NCBI RefSeq assembly: GCF_025526975.1
Contig: NW_026515671.1
Coordinates: forward strand, 1,364,001 to 1,428,000
DNA length: 64,000 bases
Source: Fimicolochytrium jonesii
Taxonomy: Eukaryota
Reading direction: 5' to 3'
A model generated the notes under the pieces. It made no database searches, had not been told where the DNA came from, and worked only from the letters and a program-made list of their open reading frames with translations. Below, piece by piece: positions 61,856-64,000 of this stretch (the first letter of the stretch is position 1; each line of letters begins with the position of its first letter). A program made the translations under genes and the position numbers.

Positions 61856-64000
61856 TATTGGCGAAATACGCTACGATGACTTTTCAGAATATAAAAGAGT
61901 TTCGAGTCGTTGACGAGGAAAAAAAAATCCTGCTGTGGTCGGGCAAAGGCGATGGATTTTATCGATTTTTCGGCGGTGAATCGTCGGACGCAAGGTATGA
62001 TCGTATGCTGCTGTAGCGGACGATGGGTGGCGATGGTGCGAGGATGTGCGTTGAGGTATTGGAGAAATGTAGAGAAAGACCGAAGGATACCGCCGCAGAA
62101 GGATAAAAACACCTCCACCTCCTTTACTTGTGAGCTTTTTCCGAGAAGGGACTGGCCGAGAAATGCGGCGAGTGAGACTACTCTTTGTTGCAAACGTTTT
62201 GTGCTGACCGCTGGACAATAGTGAGATGAAAGGAGGTGGGAGAAAGTGTTCACGCCCACTTCCCGGTGCTGTTGGTGGGGCGGATCCGCACTTGGTCCCT
62301 TTTTCGGCCCCATAGCTAATGCCTATACAGGGAAATGCGATCCTCGCCACCCGGCAATGTCGCGTTGCGTGTGCGCTGACTGCGTCATCGATTTGCGACA
62401 TCGCGGGCAGCGAGGAGGGCTTTTTTCTCCCCCGCGCAGTGATTAGACAAGATCTAATCAAGACCTCGTTATAGTAGTTAGTGTAAATTGTCGACATCGA
62501 TAAATGATATACGCGCGGTAAAGGATCCACGTCCGAGGCTGAAGAAAAGCAAGGGTGGCGGACACATTTTATTTGCACCGCCCGGTGCAGATGGGACGCA
62601 CGGCCATGACGCAGCTGTTGCGCCCCTTCAAGAGCTGTGCGTACCAAATCCACACCGTTTTGCCGGAACCGCCGGTACCGGGTCACCGGTCCAACTCTTG
62701 AAATGGGAGTCAGTTCGGGATGCGATTTTAACAGGCCCCATATGATATGCAATCTTACCCCAGATCCAGCGTGCACATGTTCTCCAGATCCAGGCTTTCC
62801 TCCAGGCTCTCCCACGTCCAGCTTCACGAGCTTTCCACTCCTATATCGCCAGACTCGGATTACTGCCCAAGGAAATACCCATTCAACCGGCATGGACGTT
62901 TTGCGATAAAGTCCTACATTTGTGCGCTAGGCGGCCGGATGGGATGGCGCTCCTCGGAGCCGGTCTCTGCGTATTTTATGGATTTGATCATTTGGATATG
63001 GCCATCGGTTTTCTCGATGTAGCAAAGACATCGATTGGAAAGATGGACGTGCTGCGCAGATATCCAAGCTTCCACCCCCGCCCGACCACGTAAACACTGT
63101 ACTGTACTGTACCAACGGGCCCCTTTAGCCGCATCCCCCCACAACGACGAGATGTCAAAGTCGCAAGCACACGCATCCAAGACACGGGGATCACTGGGGT
63201 ATCAACGGCGACGACCAGGTGGGCCAGCATCAAATATCAGCAACAGCAGTCAGGGACCTCGTAGAACAGCCGTGTCTAGGCACTGGGTTTCGATTATCGC
63301 CATCAAACTCAGCCAGACCAGAACGGGGAGATGTGCCTTGCACGCAAAGACGCCGATTCATGCCCTGATACCTGCACTGAGCTGCTCGGTGGCCGGAATG
63401 ACGAATGTGCGCACGTGACGTTCGATTTTGAATTCCGCAAAGTGCGGCATTTTCGAGATGGGATGGCGAGAAGGTGACCGGGAGCCCGTGGGGGTGCTAG
63501 TGGACGGGCTGAGGCAGAAGACAGCCTTGATAATCTTTCCGGCCAAACATTTGGCGGCCGCCGCTGCACCTTCATCCATGGTCGAAGAGGCGAGACTACA
63601 GAGTGATGGACTGCTGCTATATACAACACCTGTCCCGAACTGAGCACGTTGAGAGTGCCTAAGGCCGTTCACATCTGTCCCCAGCGGACGGACACCCGCC
63701 TATTGGGATTTCGACTTTCGATTGTTTTATGAGGCGACAGGGGAGATAAAGACAAAACATGGTCTCACCTACGGCGTGACTTTAGCCCCCCACCCAGAAC
63801 CCACAGCACGCTATGTAAATGATCGCACCCCACAGGAGAGGAACAGCCTGTTTGGGTCGATGTTCCTGTTGCACAAGCGGGTGCGGCCTCTACGATCGAC
63901 GCCCGAACAAGTATGGTGTTTTCACATGCGGAACATGAACCGGAAAATCACGCACATCTCATACTCTGTACCGACGGTTTAGGGGGCCTTCATCAAATGA

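Noticed and set aside
61871..62893. 340-aa minus-strand ORF upstream of the CBM21 gene
   Set aside because: Composition looks non-coding, no motifs are present, and it overlaps the probable promoter and 5' UTR.

Overview
Gene-dense, intron-rich eukaryotic DNA with short GT-AG introns and CTAAC/CTGAC-type branch points. It is most consistent with an early-diverging, probably zoosporic (chytrid-like) fungus, since it has fungal Cym1, Eaf3, Yap1-like and DUF4646 genes together with a CCDC81-like gene, a full-size ABCA transporter and a DNA-PKcs-like relic. About 21 intact or near-intact genes were identified by eye. Several intergenic stretches hold decayed coding relics: a DNA-PKcs-like kinase domain and a P-loop ATPase. 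The most unusual feature is an intronless gene of about 1460 aa with an unassigned ~900-aa core and a divergent C-terminal SF2 (DEAH) helicase. It may be virus- or mobile-element-derived and lies head-to-head with a gene encoding an Stc1-like zinc finger. Other notable structures are a 70-bp inverted repeat, a 15-bp tandem array, an 87-bp in-frame duplication and an apparent 1-nt frameshift in TBCA. All family calls come from motif recognition without database searches, and exon boundaries are approximate.
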